This document shows positions 63,201 through 64,000 of a stretch of DNA of 64,000 bases, in pieces. Below the pieces are notes generated by a model, which was not told where the DNA came from, ran no database searches, and saw nothing but the letters and a program-made list of their open reading frames with translations. Position 1 is the first letter of the stretch. Each line of letters starts with the position of its first letter. Origin of the DNA: the human T2T-CHM13v2.0 reference genome, Homo sapiens. The stretch lies in contig CP086569.2 in NCBI GenBank assembly GCA_009914755.4, positions 21,056,001-21,120,000 of the forward strand. Reading direction: 5' to 3'. A program made the translations under genes and the position numbers.

Positions 63201-64000
63201 TTAGTGTTGAGCGTTACAGCAGTTAAGTTTTTATGTCCAGAGTTTGTTCCTGCAGATAAGTCCGGAGTTACTTCCTTCTGGCAGGTTCATGGTCTTGCTC
63301 ACTTCAAGAATGAAGCTGCAGACCTTTACGGTGAGTGTTATAGCACTTAAACGTGTTATGTCCAGAGTTTGTTCCTTCAGATGTATCCAGAGTTTCTTCC
63401 TTCTGGCAGGTTCATGGTCTTGCTCACTTCAAGAATGACGCAGCAGTCCTTTACGGTGAGTGTTACAGCATTTAACGGTGTTATGTCCAGAGTTTGTTCC
63501 TTCAGATGTGTCCAGTTTCTTCCTTCTGGCAGGTTCATGGTCTTGCTCACTTCAAGAATGAAACTGTAGACTTTTACGGTGAGTGTTACAGCAATGAAAG
63601 ATGCTATGTCCAGAGTTTGTTCCTTCAGATGTGTCCAGAGTTTCTTCCTTCTGGCAGGTTCATGGTCTTGCTCACTTCAAGAATGAAGCTGCAGACCTTT
63701 AAGGTGAGTGTTACAGCATTTAAAGGTGTTATGTCCAGAGTTTTTTCCAACAGATGTGTCTAGAATTCCTTACTTCTGGGAGGTTCATGGACTTGCTCAT
63801 TTCAAGAATGAAGCTGCAGACCTTAGTGGTGAGTTTTACAGCACTTAAAGGTGTTATGTCCAGAGTTTGCTCCTTCAGATGTGTCCAGAGTTTCTTCCTT
63901 CTGGCAGGTTCATGGTCTTGCTCACTTCAAGAATGAAGTTGCAGACCTTAGTGGTGATCATTACAGCACTTAAGTTTTTATATCCAGAGTTTGTTCTTTC

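Larger units (their letters stand above)
1..64000. repeat. Tandem satellite array of a 125 bp monomer (with 124 bp variants), ~513 head-to-tail copies, extending past both window edges
   Basis: ORF-track starts recur every 124/125 bp with near-identical translations. Reading the sequence directly shows the same monomer throughout with no non-satellite interruption. The consensus monomer is given in the summary. Confidence 0.97.

Noticed and set aside
20-63936. Hundreds of + strand ORFs of 60-159 aa (for example MFLQMCPEFLPSGRFMVLLTSRMKLQTFTVSVTALKGVMSRVCSFRCVQSFFLLAGSWSCSLQE; the longest are 7040-7519 at 159 aa and 60378-60821 at 147 aa)
   Set aside because: The monomer has few stop codons on the + strand and its length (125, or 124) is not a multiple of 3. 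Each ORF therefore reads about 1.5 monomers in successively shifted frames. Longer ORFs appear only where a point change removes a stop. Their spacing follows the repeat period. There are no start or RBS/Kozak contexts, no frame-specific conservation between copies, and the peptides are low-complexity. They are artefacts of the satellite, not genes.
1-64000. Regular short repeats, possibly a CRISPR array
   Set aside because: The units are contiguous 125 bp monomers with no unique spacers between them. Copies diverge continuously, unlike conserved repeats with variable spacers. No cas-like coding sequence is present. The CpG depletion and HOR structure fit vertebrate satellite DNA, not a prokaryotic array.
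1-64000. CENP-B box (nTTCGnnnnAnnCGGGn) in the monomers
   Set aside because: The consensus has a single CpG ('tacggtg') and no TTCG...CGGG arrangement. The CpG-retaining variants ('gacgcggcag', 'gcggacc') do not fit the motif either. No CENP-B box can be supported from the sequence.

Overview
The whole 64 kb window is one uninterrupted head-to-tail tandem array of a ~125 bp satellite monomer, about 513 copies, all in the same orientation. The consensus on the + strand is gtccagagtttgttccttcagatgtgtccagagtttcttccttctggcaggttcatggtcttgctcacttcaagaatgaagctgcagacctttacggtgagtgttacagcacttaaaggtgttat. I found no credible protein-coding gene, RNA gene, transposon insertion, telomeric run or CRISPR array. 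The many 60-159 aa ORFs on the + strand are artefacts of a stop-poor repeat read in shifting frames, because 125 is not a multiple of 3. The array is CpG-poor (one CpG per consensus monomer) and T-skewed on the + strand (about 34% T against 21% A). This looks like methylated vertebrate, probably mammalian, satellite heterochromatin. The real content is the higher-order repeat (HOR) structure. The left 0-21 kb is an older, diverged domain with HOR periods of roughly 2.5 kb, 2.75 kb and 5.0 kb. The centre, about 21.5-47.4 kb, is a strongly homogenised mosaic of blocks with periods of 871, 997, 1120, 2987, 3111, 4109 and 4233 bp. It includes two tandem 3111 bp copies that are at least 99.9% identical. 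The HOR family then switches abruptly at about 47.4 kb. The right-hand domain, 47.4-64 kb, has a ~4119 bp HOR with indels in multiples of 250 bp and several 250 bp dimeric units. The monomer carries an internal ~25 bp direct sub-repeat. From memory, it looks like a CpG-decayed derivative of a tandemly duplicated segment in primate class I ERV LTRs (ERV9/LTR12-like), but I could not verify this. No 'system' in the sense of a gene cluster is present; the array architecture and that possible LTR origin are the interesting signals.
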